The notes beneath the pieces are model-generated. The model searched no databases, was not told the origin of the DNA, and saw only the letters and a program-made list of their open reading frames with translations. This document shows, piece by piece, positions 29,574 to 38,799 of a stretch of DNA of 64,000 bases. This stretch comes from a virus (lineage: Duplodnaviria > Caudoviricetes). The stretch lies in IMG/VR virus record IMGVR_UViG_3300028888_000049, one strand, 5' to 3'. The first letter of the stretch is position 1; the number at the start of each line of letters is the position of its first letter. Made by a program: the position numbers and the translations under genes.

Positions 29574-31328
29574 TTAATCTTCGATACAATAATTACCATC
29601 TTCATCAGCAAACAAGATTTTATTCGCTTTTGCTAATTTCGGTGCCATCCCCTCAGCTGGTATAGCTTCAATATTCCAGATCATCTTTTCTTGTTCGGCT
29701 AGTCTCTTACACTCATTGTTGAAATATACTAAAAAGTCTTTCATATAGTCAAAACTTGAGTGATTGAATTTGAACTTAAGGATTGCGTCGGCTTCTACAT
29801 ACCCAACGCAACCATACGTACTGAACATGTGGCTCATATTGATCCAACCGTTAGTAATCCACGGTTGTGTTCCGCATTTTTCAAGTTTATGAATGAGTAC
29901 TCTATGAGCTTTAAGAATTTTTGTCATTTCTTCTACGCGTTCTGTTACGATCTTTTTAAAGTCATCATAAGATTCTGCTTCATATGCACATCTTGAAAAG
30001 TCAATAGTTACGACACGATGTGATCCTAATGATACTTGTGAACCACCAAAAGAGTTAACACCAGCTCCTAATTCAAGCATATCAGAATCCGAAAGTAGCC
30101 TACAACAGGAGGCAACTTTTGTTCCACTTGAGGAAAAAATGTTGTACTTACTGATGTCTTTTTTCGAAATATATTCTTCTAATTTGTTATCTTTTAAGCA
30201 TAAATGAGCTTTACCGTTTTCATCTTTTTCTGTAGCAAGATTTACTGTAGTTACTGGGAATGGAAACTGTAAGCCATTACGAAGTGGATCACCTTGATCA
30301 AATACATCGATATAGATCTCTTGTAATTCTTCGATATAATCTAATACAAATTCTACAAATGCTTCTCTAGTATTTTGTAACTCATTATCTTCTACTACTG
30401 CTGCTTTTTTAGGAAAATACCAGCCATAATTTTCATCACTAATTAAGCCTCTTAATTTCTCTCTATCGAAGCAAGATACATTAGTGAATGGACTTTCTAC
30501 AGCATTTCTACTATAGTGATTTACTGTATAGATAAACTGTTGCATATGATTACTCATTGATTTTCTTACTTTTTTATCATTACGTAGATCATCTAAAGTA
30601 ATTCTTTCACGATAAATTGCAAGGTTAGCTATATCGAGGAAAAAAGTTCCTATTGCTACGGCTCCTGCAATATTAAAACTGATTTCACGGATTGTGTCAC
30701 CTAGTGTTGTGATATAAGTTGCGACGCGATGTGCTGGACCAGAATGTACTTGACCAAAATTGCGACCTTCAGTTACAAGCTTTGAAGCATCGATGCAGTA
30801 GCAATAGGGTTTACAGATATTGGTACTGTCGTTTAATGCTAAAGAGAAATCATACATGGATGCACAACACTTTTTGGCTTCTGCTTTACCATAAAGTTCT
30901 TTTAATGTCTGATATAAATAGTCATAACCACATACTTTTTTGAAAGGTAACATAGCTTCTGCACAAATACCTTCAAAGTTAACAGATGTTTTATTAGCGT
31001 TAGCGTCTACAGAGATATCGTTAACTGTTTGTAAATTACCAAAAGTAAGTTTAGAAATAATAGCAAGAGGATCAAAGTTTTCTTCGCCTAAGCCATGTAA
31101 TTCCATAATTGAATTTACTTTATTTTTAAGTTCTTCTTTGTCTGTTACACCATATTTTGATTTAATAGATTTGGTTAAGCATTCAATGATATTTTTTCTA
31201 GTTCTAGTTGTACCGGCTTGAGCTAGAGTAATATCAACCCATTTATCCATTTCATTTTGATATGGATTTTCTTCATTTACGTTAAACTTTGGATATGTAA
31301 TTTTAAGTGGTTTTTTATCTTCAGACAT
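29574..31328 (-). CDS. nrdD: anaerobic ribonucleotide reductase, N-terminal catalytic part
   Basis: PYCY, SPFTN, FPFPV, SCCRL, GSHRVVT, PAEG motifs. Confidence 0.9.
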   Translation of the reverse strand: MSEDKKPLKITYPKFNVNEENPYQNEMDKWVDITLAQAGTTRTRKNIIECLTKSIKSKYGVTDKEELKNKVNSIMELHGLGEENFDPLAIISKLTFGNLQTVNDISVDANANKTSVNFEGICAEAMLPFKKVCGYDYLYQTLKELYGKAEAKKCCASMYDFSLALNDSTNICKPYCYCIDASKLVTEGRNFGQVHSGPAHRVATYITTLGDTIREISFNIAGAVAIGTFFLDIANLAIYRERITLDDLRNDKKVRKSMSNHMQQFIYTVNHYSRNAVESPFTNVSCFDREKLRGLISDENYGWYFPKKAAVVEDNELQNTREAFVEFVLDYIEELQEIYIDVFDQGDPLRNGLQFPFPVTTVNLATEKDENGKAHLCLKDNKLEEYISKKDISKYNIFSSSGTKVASCCRLLSDSDMLELGAGVNSFGGSQVSLGSHRVVTIDFSRCAYEAESYDDFKKIVTERVEEMTKILKAHRVLIHKLEKCGTQPWITNGWINMSHMFSTYGCVGYVEADAILKFKFNHSSFDYMKDFLVYFNNECKRLAEQEKMIWNIEAIPAEGMAPKLAKANKILFADEDGNYCIED

Positions 31329-31333
31329 CTGTA

Positions 31334-31858
31334 TTAGTTTCCTTCATTTTGATTAGAGTTAAAGTATAAAATTCCATTTTCAGAGATTTTGTTGTAATTC
31401 TCGTCGTAGAAATCTTGGTTTGGTGATGCTAGTACGTATTTTTCGTCTGTTTTTAGAGATGTACGTACTGTATTTATATCAAATTTACCACATTTATAAT
31501 ATTTAGCACCTGTTATTCCTAGCTGTTTTACGTAGTCTATAGAATAACCTGTGAAGATACAAATATCATAAGAGTGTGATAAAGTTTGTAGAATGTATTT
31601 TGTATAGGGGATGTTGGTTTTATATAAAGGATCGCCACCTAACAGAACTATTTTATTAGTTTCTGCTCTTTTGCAATAATCTACTAATTTTTCTGTAAGT
31701 TCTTCTGGTGTTTCTGTATATTCTTGTACTTTTTGAATTAAAGGACTATGACATCCTGGACAATGGTGTTCACAGCCTGTTAAATAGACTATTATTGCAT
31801 TGTCATCAGGAGATGGATAATCGAGTAAAGTTTCTTCTAGTACAGCTGTGTATGCCAT
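31334..31858 (-). CDS. nrdG: anaerobic RNR activase (radical SAM)
   Basis: GCEHHCPGCH, GGDP, SPNQ; adjacent to nrdD. Confidence 0.9.
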   Translation of the reverse strand: MAYTAVLEETLLDYPSPDDNAIIVYLTGCEHHCPGCHSPLIQKVQEYTETPEELTEKLVDYCKRAETNKIVLLGGDPLYKTNIPYTKYILQTLSHSYDICIFTGYSIDYVKQLGITGAKYYKCGKFDINTVRTSLKTDEKYVLASPNQDFYDENYNKISENGILYFNSNQNEGN

Positions 31859-32070
31859 CCTTTTTTAAGTCCTATACATTTGTTAACTGTTAGTTGGTTA
31901 TAGTTATTGGTTTTTAAGCCTTTTTATAACTATGTATGTATTGTATAGAACATCATTTTATATGTCTAATTTTGATATAAAATTTCCAAGTCTACTAAAT
32001 ATTTTTATATGCTATTTTATGCTAAAAGTATATAATTTTAATGTATTTTTGTAGGTGATTGTTATTATTG

Positions 32071-33195
32071 TTATTTTTTAGGTTTTGGAGCAACGTTACC
32101 TGTTTTATGTATAAAGTTTATAGGAGAAATAATTTTACGTTTAACAAATTCTTTCTTTTTAACAGCCTTCTCTTCGGGCTTGTTAGTAACTTTTTCTTCT
32201 AATTTTTTAGTATTTTCAACTGGTATATTTTCTTTTATTTCTATATCTATTACTGGGAGTTTTTTCTTAATTTCTTGTTTAGGTTTAGATTCTTGGTTTA
32301 AAAGATCCAATACACGTTTTTCTCTAAATTTTGGGGTTAAAAACACACATTTTTCTGAAATTAATGTATTTGGTTGTTTTTTGGCCTCTGGTGAGAGTTT
32401 TTCTTTTTTATTATAGATTGATATATTTTTATCTTTTCGTGTGTGTACGGCTAATACAATGGCGATTTGAAGGAAATCTGTACCAACAATCACTAATAAG
32501 ATCAAAATTGTTAAAGAATTTTGAAGTTTGTCGTATGAATCACATGAAGTTTGAGTAAATTTACATATGGTAGAGAGAATAGATGCTACTTCTGATTGAT
32601 TCTTTGATGTTTTTTCTGTAGTATCTACTGTTTCTTGTAAATTTGTATCTGCTTTAGCTAATGCTTCTTTTAATGCTATAGATACTTTATTATCAAGGGA
32701 TCTTTTTGTATTATTACATTTGTTTTCAGCCCACTTATTTTTATTAGCACGAGCTATACAGTTTTCATAATCCATTCTATTCCAATCCATTGCACTTTTA
32801 TATTCTTCCTGAGCCATTTTAGCAAGATCTTCAGAACGATTATGTTTAATAACTGCATTATCTGCTTCTTTTAAGTATTTTGCCATATCAATCATAGCTT
32901 GTCTAGTAGAAGGAGCTATTAAAGAGTCTAATTTAGCATAAATACCGGCACCACTATAACAAAATAGTAATGCTAATATAATACATATAAAGTATTTTAC
33001 TACTCTGAGATTAGACCATTCATTTACAGTAAAGTTAAATAAAATAAATCTTCCTAAGTCTATTATAATAAATAAAGAAAGAATAAACATACCAGCTGCT
33101 GAAAATAGGTTAGTCATACCTAATGCAGTCATAATTGAACTCATACAGCTTAATATTGCGGCAATAAAAAGCATAAATTGATATTTAAATGGCAT
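32071..33195 (-). CDS. multi-pass membrane protein with periplasmic coiled coil
   Basis: 3 N-terminal TMs plus 1 later TM; GGAG RBS; class II promoter. Confidence 0.65.
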   Translation of the reverse strand: MPFKYQFMLFIAAILSCMSSIMTALGMTNLFSAAGMFILSLFIIIDLGRFILFNFTVNEWSNLRVVKYFICIILALLFCYSGAGIYAKLDSLIAPSTRQAMIDMAKYLKEADNAVIKHNRSEDLAKMAQEEYKSAMDWNRMDYENCIARANKNKWAENKCNNTKRSLDNKVSIALKEALAKADTNLQETVDTTEKTSKNQSEVASILSTICKFTQTSCDSYDKLQNSLTILILLVIVGTDFLQIAIVLAVHTRKDKNISIYNKKEKLSPEAKKQPNTLISEKCVFLTPKFREKRVLDLLNQESKPKQEIKKKLPVIDIEIKENIPVENTKKLEEKVTNKPEEKAVKKKEFVKRKIISPINFIHKTGNVAPKPKK

Positions 33196-33274
33196 AATAA
33201 AAAGCTCCAATATAAGCAAGCACTCATATTAGAACTTTTATTTTTCTTATACGAAACAATAGTATTTAATAGCT

Positions 33275-33511
33275 TTAAGCTGTTCTCATGATATAAATAA
33301 CACGAATGAAATCTTTAGAAGATGATGGTAATTCTGCAGTATCATGTGTCCAACGCGCGCAAGTAGTATAAGATCTACCAGGAAAGTGTTTTTTTACAGT
33401 AGAAATATTATCACTAATATATCCTTGATTTTTAAAGCTATAAATTTCATCCCCTATTTCCATCTGTTCTAGTTTAGTTAATAGAGAATCAGCCGATCGT
33501 GGTTTAGGCAT
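33275..33511 (-). CDS. hypothetical protein
   Basis: AGGAG RBS. Confidence 0.6.
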   Translation of the reverse strand: MPKPRSADSLLTKLEQMEIGDEIYSFKNQGYISDNISTVKKHFPGRSYTTCARWTHDTAELPSSSKDFIRVIYIMRTA

Positions 33512-33691
33512 TTTTAGTAAAGTCTCCTTATTTATTTATTCAATATTATTGTAATATTATATTGAACTGTATTTTTTAGAATAAATAATCTATTTAAAAC
33601 TTATAGTATAAAAATAAATCACCATATTCTTTTATTATATAATATGATGATCTATATAAATTGTAAAGCAAATAGTTTATACTGTGCGAAA

Positions 33692-34006
33692 TTATTTTTC
33701 AATGAACTCATCTTTTAAAGTTTTAGTATATTTCATACAATGACAAGTAATACTAGTTTTACCGTCTTTAAGATCTTCTTCAGTTAAATATGCTTCTCTA
33801 AAAAATCTACACATACAATAATAACTGTTTCCGTCTTCAGCTATGGTCTTAGCATCTTTATTAGTAGGCATATTCCAACCTTTTGGCATACATGGGCATT
33901 TAAAATTATGTTTAGCTAAGCCTTCATTAATTTTACTTACATGATCTTCATTCGGATTCAATGTAATAGTATAATTTTGATTATTTTCTAAAATTTCTTT
34001 ATTCAT
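33692..34006 (-). CDS. ferredoxin:thioredoxin reductase catalytic-subunit-like protein
   Basis: LNPN...EGL...CPC...CMC...CHC..Y. Confidence 0.75.
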   Translation of the reverse strand: MNKEILENNQNYTITLNPNEDHVSKINEGLAKHNFKCPCMPKGWNMPTNKDAKTIAEDGNSYYCMCRFFREAYLTEEDLKDGKTSITCHCMKYTKTLKDEFIEK

Positions 34007-34007
34007 C

Positions 34008-34628
34008 TTACAAATCTTTCTTAAAAACGTTATTACAATGTATTATAATATCTTCTGCATTAATTGGTGTATAAGGAGCAGTATTTATTATGTTAGAACT
34101 AGTATCAACTCCTACATGTACACATGGAAAGCCCAAACTTTCATAAATTTTATCATAATTATTAGCATTATGAATATGACCATATAAACCTATAACAGAT
34201 ATATCTTTACTATCTTTATTTCTAAATATATGATTTGGTTCAAGAATAGGCCAATGCATCATTACAAAAGTATATACTTTACCATTATCAGCTTCATACT
34301 TATATTCATGATAAGTACGCATAGACTGAATCAGATTTTCATTTAATAACCTAGCTAATACTTTTGAACGGTCATGATTTCCAAGTATAACATGCACATT
34401 TCCGTTCAATCTCTTAAATATTTCTCTTAGCTTATCTGGATTATTTGCCATAGAAATATCACCTAAATGATATACAAGATCATTCGGTTTTACAACTCTA
34501 TTCCAATTTTCTATTAAAGCTTCATCATGTTCTTCTATAGTATCAAAAGGTCTTCCTTTACCCATTCCAAGTAAATTTTTATGACCGAAATGAGTATCAG
34601 AAGTAAAAAATACATTATATTCTTTCAT
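34008..34628 (-). CDS. calcineurin-like phosphoesterase
   Basis: SDTHFGH, LGD, GNHD, GHIH, VGVD. Confidence 0.9.
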   Translation of the reverse strand: MKEYNVFFTSDTHFGHKNLLGMGKGRPFDTIEEHDEALIENWNRVVKPNDLVYHLGDISMANNPDKLREIFKRLNGNVHVILGNHDRSKVLARLLNENLIQSMRTYHEYKYEADNGKVYTFVMMHWPILEPNHIFRNKDSKDISVIGLYGHIHNANNYDKIYESLGFPCVHVGVDTSSNIINTAPYTPINAEDIIIHCNNVFKKDL

Positions 34629-34861
34629 TAGCAATTTTCCAAATCTTTTATATTTAAAATAGTTGAAGTTGTATATTTATCTTCATTATTGAACAGAGAA
34701 TAAGAAATACATAATCTTCCACCATCTAAAAGATTTACTTTTTCTAATTCAATTCCTTTTGTAGGGTTATTTTTACCTATATTATTATTCAAGTATTTAC
34801 TACAAACAGTATTTAATTCTTCTTGTAATTTATAGTATTTATAAATGTCATTTCTATCCAT
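34628..34861 (-). CDS. hypothetical protein
   Basis: Operon ORF. Confidence 0.55.
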   Translation of the reverse strand: MDRNDIYKYYKLQEELNTVCSKYLNNNIGKNNPTKGIELEKVNLLDGGRLCISYSLFNNEDKYTTSTILNIKDLENC

Positions 34862-34863
34862 TT

Positions 34864-35124
34864 TTAATCCTCACATTCTTTTAAATCTTCTTTTTCAAAA
34901 TCAATAACAAAGAAATATGTACTCGGTTTTGTATTGTCAGTTCTCCATACTTCTAATCCTGCAGAACATTCTTTATTTAATACTAACATTACTTGTTTTG
35001 ATTTATTTAAATCTATTTCTTCTACTTTTATATCATTAATTTTAGTAACTACCCATTTTAATGCTAATGTACCAAATATAATGGAACAAAAAATAATTAA
35101 TAATATCTTTAAAGTACTACTCAT
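34864..35124 (-). CDS. small membrane-anchored protein
   Basis: N-terminal TM. Confidence 0.55.
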   Translation of the reverse strand: MSSTLKILLIIFCSIIFGTLALKWVVTKINDIKVEEIDLNKSKQVMLVLNKECSAGLEVWRTDNTKPSTYFFVIDFEKEDLKECED

Positions 35125-35795
35125 TTATTACTATCCTTTTCTAAATCTATTTTTAAATCCTTAATTTTTACTAATGTTTTTTGTGGATTAATATTCTGTA
35201 TTTGTTTATTAAAAGAAGCAATTATACCTATTTCTTTTAATTCTTTAAACGCAGAATCATTCAGACAATCAATTATAAATGCTTTCATAGCTTTATAATC
35301 TTTAAATTTAATACCGTCTTTATCTAAAATCATTCCATATTTATCTAATACAGAATTAATTCCATCTTTCATTACATTATTAATGAAATTTATATTAGCC
35401 TTTTCATTAGATTGCTTTATATCAGAAGCATTTAAAGAATTATCATATTCATTCTCAATATTATCTGTAATAAAATAAATAGTTTTAACTTCTGTTCTAT
35501 CTTTAAAATCATATTTTATATAACACTCATTTGATCTATATAATAATAATCCAGGATAAAACATAGAAGAACGATTTATATTAAAAATATCACAAATTTC
35601 ATAATTACGAATATAAGTATTGTTCCAATATGGCTCTATATCAGCAAGTGTATATTTTAAACGATAACATTTTGTATATTTAATAATTCGACATTTGCCA
35701 ATTTTACGAGGTTTAGACTTATATAATGTACTCTCTAATGTACCATTACTACGCTCATAACGCCATAACGGTTTATTTATAATATCTAACTTCAT
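35121..35795 (-). CDS. hypothetical protein
   Basis: Operon ORF. Confidence 0.6.
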   Translation of the reverse strand: MKLDIINKPLWRYERSNGTLESTLYKSKPRKIGKCRIIKYTKCYRLKYTLADIEPYWNNTYIRNYEICDIFNINRSSMFYPGLLLYRSNECYIKYDFKDRTEVKTIYFITDNIENEYDNSLNASDIKQSNEKANINFINNVMKDGINSVLDKYGMILDKDGIKFKDYKAMKAFIIDCLNDSAFKELKEIGIIASFNKQIQNINPQKTLVKIKDLKIDLEKDSNK

Positions 35796-35798
35796 AAA

Positions 35799-36197
35799 TT
35801 AATCCTTAACATTTTGTTTAAGCATTCTTAATTCAATAGGATTAATAACATCCTCTACTTTATTTTTAGCTAATAACAAAAATTCATTATCTTTTTCTGT
35901 TAGTTGACTAGAATTAGGAATAATCCTTAAATATGCTAAACATTTTTGAACATACATAGATGTTATAGGATCATTTACTCCGATTTTTTGACCATATAAT
36001 ATTAAAGGTTCATGTTGATTATAATTATTATGTTTAATAAAACTAGCAGCCATCTCAATACCAGATAAATACGGATATGCTTCTCTATTAGTACAAAATA
36101 CTCTATCCATATGTACTTTAGTATTATCATTATTCGTTAAGATAACTCCAACATAACTAGTATTACCTTTTTTAGTAGTATATTCATATAACTTCAT
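35799..36197 (-). CDS. hypothetical protein
   Basis: AAGGA RBS. Confidence 0.6.
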   Translation of the reverse strand: MKLYEYTTKKGNTSYVGVILTNNDNTKVHMDRVFCTNREAYPYLSGIEMAASFIKHNNYNQHEPLILYGQKIGVNDPITSMYVQKCLAYLRIIPNSSQLTEKDNEFLLLAKNKVEDVINPIELRMLKQNVKD

Positions 36198-36210
36198 AAT
36201 ATTTCCTTTA

Positions 36211-36501
36211 TTAATCTACTTTTACTATACTGTTTGGATTATAATCACAAGCTTTTATAATCTGTAACATAAAGTTTTTCCAACTTTCTACAGAACCCCA
36301 ATTATTATCAGGCATATATTCTTCATATTTTTTAGGATCATTCTTTAATGCACTATAAACAATTAAACATAAATCAGCTACTTCATCAGCCTTCATACCA
36401 TTAAATTTATTAGGTTTAAAGCCTAAAATAGCTTCACAAGCTTTACTTCCATTATATGTATGATTTATACATTCGTTATTAACTAAAATATCGTAACTCA
36501 T
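36211..36501 (-). CDS. conserved phage hypothetical protein
   Basis: NHTYN...PDNNWGS pattern; AGGAG RBS. Confidence 0.65.
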   Translation of the reverse strand: MSYDILVNNECINHTYNGSKACEAILGFKPNKFNGMKADEVADLCLIVYSALKNDPKKYEEYMPDNNWGSVESWKNFMLQIIKACDYNPNSIVKVD

Positions 36502-36572
36502 GATAAAATCTCCTTTGTTATTTATGATATATTATTTATAGAACATTATAAATAAAGAGTAAAACCAAAAAT

Positions 36573-36611
36573 AAAAAAAGAGATTATAGCTTTAATATAC
36601 TATAATCTCTC
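36573..36611 (-). terminator. intrinsic terminator
   Basis: agagattatag...ctataatctct plus T7 on - strand. Confidence 0.75.
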
Positions 36612-36949
36612 TAAATTTTAACTAATTTGAAAGACTTCACGTTAACTATAATATGATTGACATTATTTTCTTTTGATTTTTTTTAATATGCAACTAAAAA
36701 TAATAAAAAAATCATAATAAAAAAATCGTGGCGAATAATTGTCTTAACATACTTTAATATGCATCATATTCTTTCGTTTTCAGGATAACTAGCTAACTTG
36801 TTAACCCAAAGGATCTTTTTCCACAACGAACTATGAAAATTGAATTTAATAGCTACAAATGATATGTTCAACTGTTAAGATGATATTATCAAAACAATTT
36901 ACAATTATATTTATAACATAAAAATTTAATTTGTAAAGCAAAAAATAAA

Positions 36950-37318
36950 TTATTTTATTAACTTATATACTTTTATTGGCAAAGCTCGTTGAATTGTATC
37001 AACGGTTTCATATTTATGTACTTTATCTTTAGCCATAATATACTTAAAAATACGACCGATATCTTTTCCAGCTTCTGCTTCAGGATCTTCGCAGTCACGT
37101 CTGTTATGATATTGATAAATATAATTTAATGGAGTATTTTTCCATGTACCAAATGATTTTCTACCAACTAAATCAGGTACAGTAAACGTACTATCTTCAT
37201 TATAGGCCATACAACCTTTAATAAGACCAAATACAAATGTATCTAATTCAGCTTGTTGAAATTTAGTGAGTGATTCATAAGATGAGCTCTTATTGGCTTC
37301 ATAACTATTATTGAGCAT
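36950..37318 (-). CDS. hypothetical protein (DUF1413-like)
   Basis: FTVPDLVG...W...GRIFK pattern; weak. Confidence 0.5.
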   Translation of the reverse strand: MLNNSYEANKSSSYESLTKFQQAELDTFVFGLIKGCMAYNEDSTFTVPDLVGRKSFGTWKNTPLNYIYQYHNRRDCEDPEAEAGKDIGRIFKYIMAKDKVHKYETVDTIQRALPIKVYKLIK

Positions 37319-37371
37319 AATTGCAATCCTTTTTAAAATTAAAACTGTATGTTATAAGATTATACTTTCTA

Positions 37372-37605
37372 AAAAGAAAAAACCCTAAAGACGAATAACA
37401 CAACGCCTATAAAATTAGTAGTGGTCTTAACGTACCCACCATGTAGTTTGCAATCACTAACGCTAGCCGTGACCTTCTAAGTTAGGGTGTGAACATTTTT
37501 AGCAAAATGGATATCACACTTAACCACTCTCGATAATGTACATCATATATAATAACGCCGCGAACGTTATATGACATACTTCTCATATGTTTTCACGAAA
37601 CACAT
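37372..37605 (-). ncRNA. candidate structured ncRNA / 5' leader
   Basis: Early promoter upstream, at least 6 helices with G-U pairs on - strand, ends in U run. Confidence 0.5.
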
Positions 37606-37651
37606 TATTATATATAATATGAAAATTTTAATTTGTAAAGCAGAAAATGAT

Positions 37652-37725
37652 TGGATCGAGAGGATGGGATCGAACCACCATTATAACTGCCAAAAAGTTA
37701 TGTCCTGCCTTTAGACGACTCTCGA
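37652..37725 (-). tRNA. tRNA-Gln(TTG)
   Basis: Cloverleaf; TAACT-TT TTG GC-AGTTA; encoded CCA. Confidence 0.88.
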
Positions 37726-37734
37726 ACAAATACT

Positions 37735-38241
37735 TTATTTATATGTATTATGTTTTAAAATTTCAATAATTGTATCATGTGAAACATTAAATTTTCTACC
37801 TAATCCACGCGTACCAAACTGTTTATCTCTTGGAATATAATTTTTTCGTATCCATTCAACTTGCTTATTTGTTAATTTAGAAGAAGGATGATCTTCGCCT
37901 CTATGAATAGTCACTAAATTATGTTTATATGCATGTATAGTATTTTCAGAATAAGTACACCATTCTAAATTAGTAACAATATTATTTTGTTTATTACCAT
38001 CAATGTGATTAATACATGGTAAATTTTTTTGATTTGGTATAAAAGCTTTAGCTACTAATCTTGATATTTTTATACATTTAGCTTTACCTTTTCTGCCAAA
38101 GGGTTTTAAACAAACCATATGATAACCCATACGTTTATTTAAATAACTTTTTATAATTTTACCAGATCTACCTTTTAATCTACCTAAATTACTAATAAAA
38201 TATCCTGGTATTTCAGTTTCTTTCCATTCTTCTTTTAACAT
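37735..38241 (-). CDS. NUMOD4-HNH homing endonuclease inside tRNA operon
   Basis: EEWK..I.GY.ISNLGR, INHIDGNKQNN...NLEW. Confidence 0.92.
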   Translation of the reverse strand: MLKEEWKETEIPGYFISNLGRLKGRSGKIIKSYLNKRMGYHMVCLKPFGRKGKAKCIKISRLVAKAFIPNQKNLPCINHIDGNKQNNIVTNLEWCTYSENTIHAYKHNLVTIHRGEDHPSSKLTNKQVEWIRKNYIPRDKQFGTRGLGRKFNVSHDTIIEILKHNTYK

Positions 38242-38294
38242 GATATATATAAATTATTCAAATTAATATTTAATTAAAATAAGTATTACTTTTT

Positions 38295-38356
38295 GAGTTA
38301 CATAATTATAAAGAGTGAGCAGGGACCGTATGATGTAATCTCAGTGTATTGCCCAC
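38295..38356 (-). ncRNA. candidate H-type pseudoknot RNA 3' of tRNA-Tyr
   Basis: gtgggca/tgctcac crossing gagattacat/atgtaactc. Confidence 0.35.
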
Positions 38357-38362
38357 ATAAAA

Positions 38363-38449
38363 TGGTGGACGAGGTTTGATTTGCACAAACTCAGCCAAAA
38401 GGCGACGGTTTTACAGACCGTTACAGCTCTCTAACTCTGTCGCTCGTCC
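38363..38449 (-). tRNA. tRNA-Tyr(GTA)
   Basis: ACGGT-CT GTA AA-ACCGT, long variable arm, CCA. Confidence 0.9.
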
Positions 38450-38468
38450 GCTAAAATTAAAGATTTAA

Positions 38469-38544
38469 TCGGGTGACTCGGATTCCAACCGAGATTATTC
38501 ATGTTCCCAATACACGTGCCATAAGCAGATTAGGCGATCACCCG
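38469..38544 (-). tRNA. tRNA-Pro(TGG), CCA not encoded
   Basis: CGGGTGA/TCACCCG-A acceptor; CGTGT-AT TGG GA-ACATG. Confidence 0.88.
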
Positions 38545-38549
38545 ATAAA

Positions 38550-38634
38550 TGGCGGAGTGTCTGAGGGTCGAACTCAGAAGACCTTGCGGTCGGTGGTTTT
38601 CAAGACCACTGCAGTACCATTGTGCCAACACTCC
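38550..38634 (-). tRNA. tRNA-Ser(TGA)
   Basis: GTGGT-CT TGA AA-ACCAC, long variable arm, G73-CCA. Confidence 0.93.
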
Positions 38635-38664
38635 ACCATAGTATTTCATATTTACAATGTGATT

Positions 38665-38699
38665 AAAAAAATATCCACAAAACTTAATCTGCGGATATT
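38665..38699 (-). terminator. attenuator terminator (3:4 hairpin) ahead of tRNA-Ser/Pro/Tyr/Gln
   Basis: aatatccgcaga-ttaagt-tttgtggatatt plus U run; 5' arm also pairs with cggatattttattg. Confidence 0.75.
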
Positions 38700-38736
38700 C
38701 TACTAATATGATGTTAACTACAATAAAATATCCGTA

Positions 38737-38796
38737 TCAGACCATTGATGGTTGATATTGATAAGAGGATTGATATTTCATTACGTTTTTCATCAT
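38737..38796 (-). CDS. leader peptide MMKNVMKYQSSYQYQPSMV (putative tRNA-sensing attenuator)
   Basis: Ten consecutive Tyr/Gln/Ser/Pro codons; directly after class II promoter; followed by alternative hairpins. Confidence 0.75.
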   Translation of the reverse strand: MMKNVMKYQSSYQYQPSMV

Positions 38797-38799
38797 ATT

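Noticed and set aside
37372-37605. tmRNA (GCAAAC resume-like codons)
   Set aside because: No tRNA-like domain or CCA end, and the reading frame does not end in an AA-type tag.
38473-38706. + strand 77-aa ORF
   Set aside because: Antisense shadow of tRNA-Pro/Ser and the attenuator.
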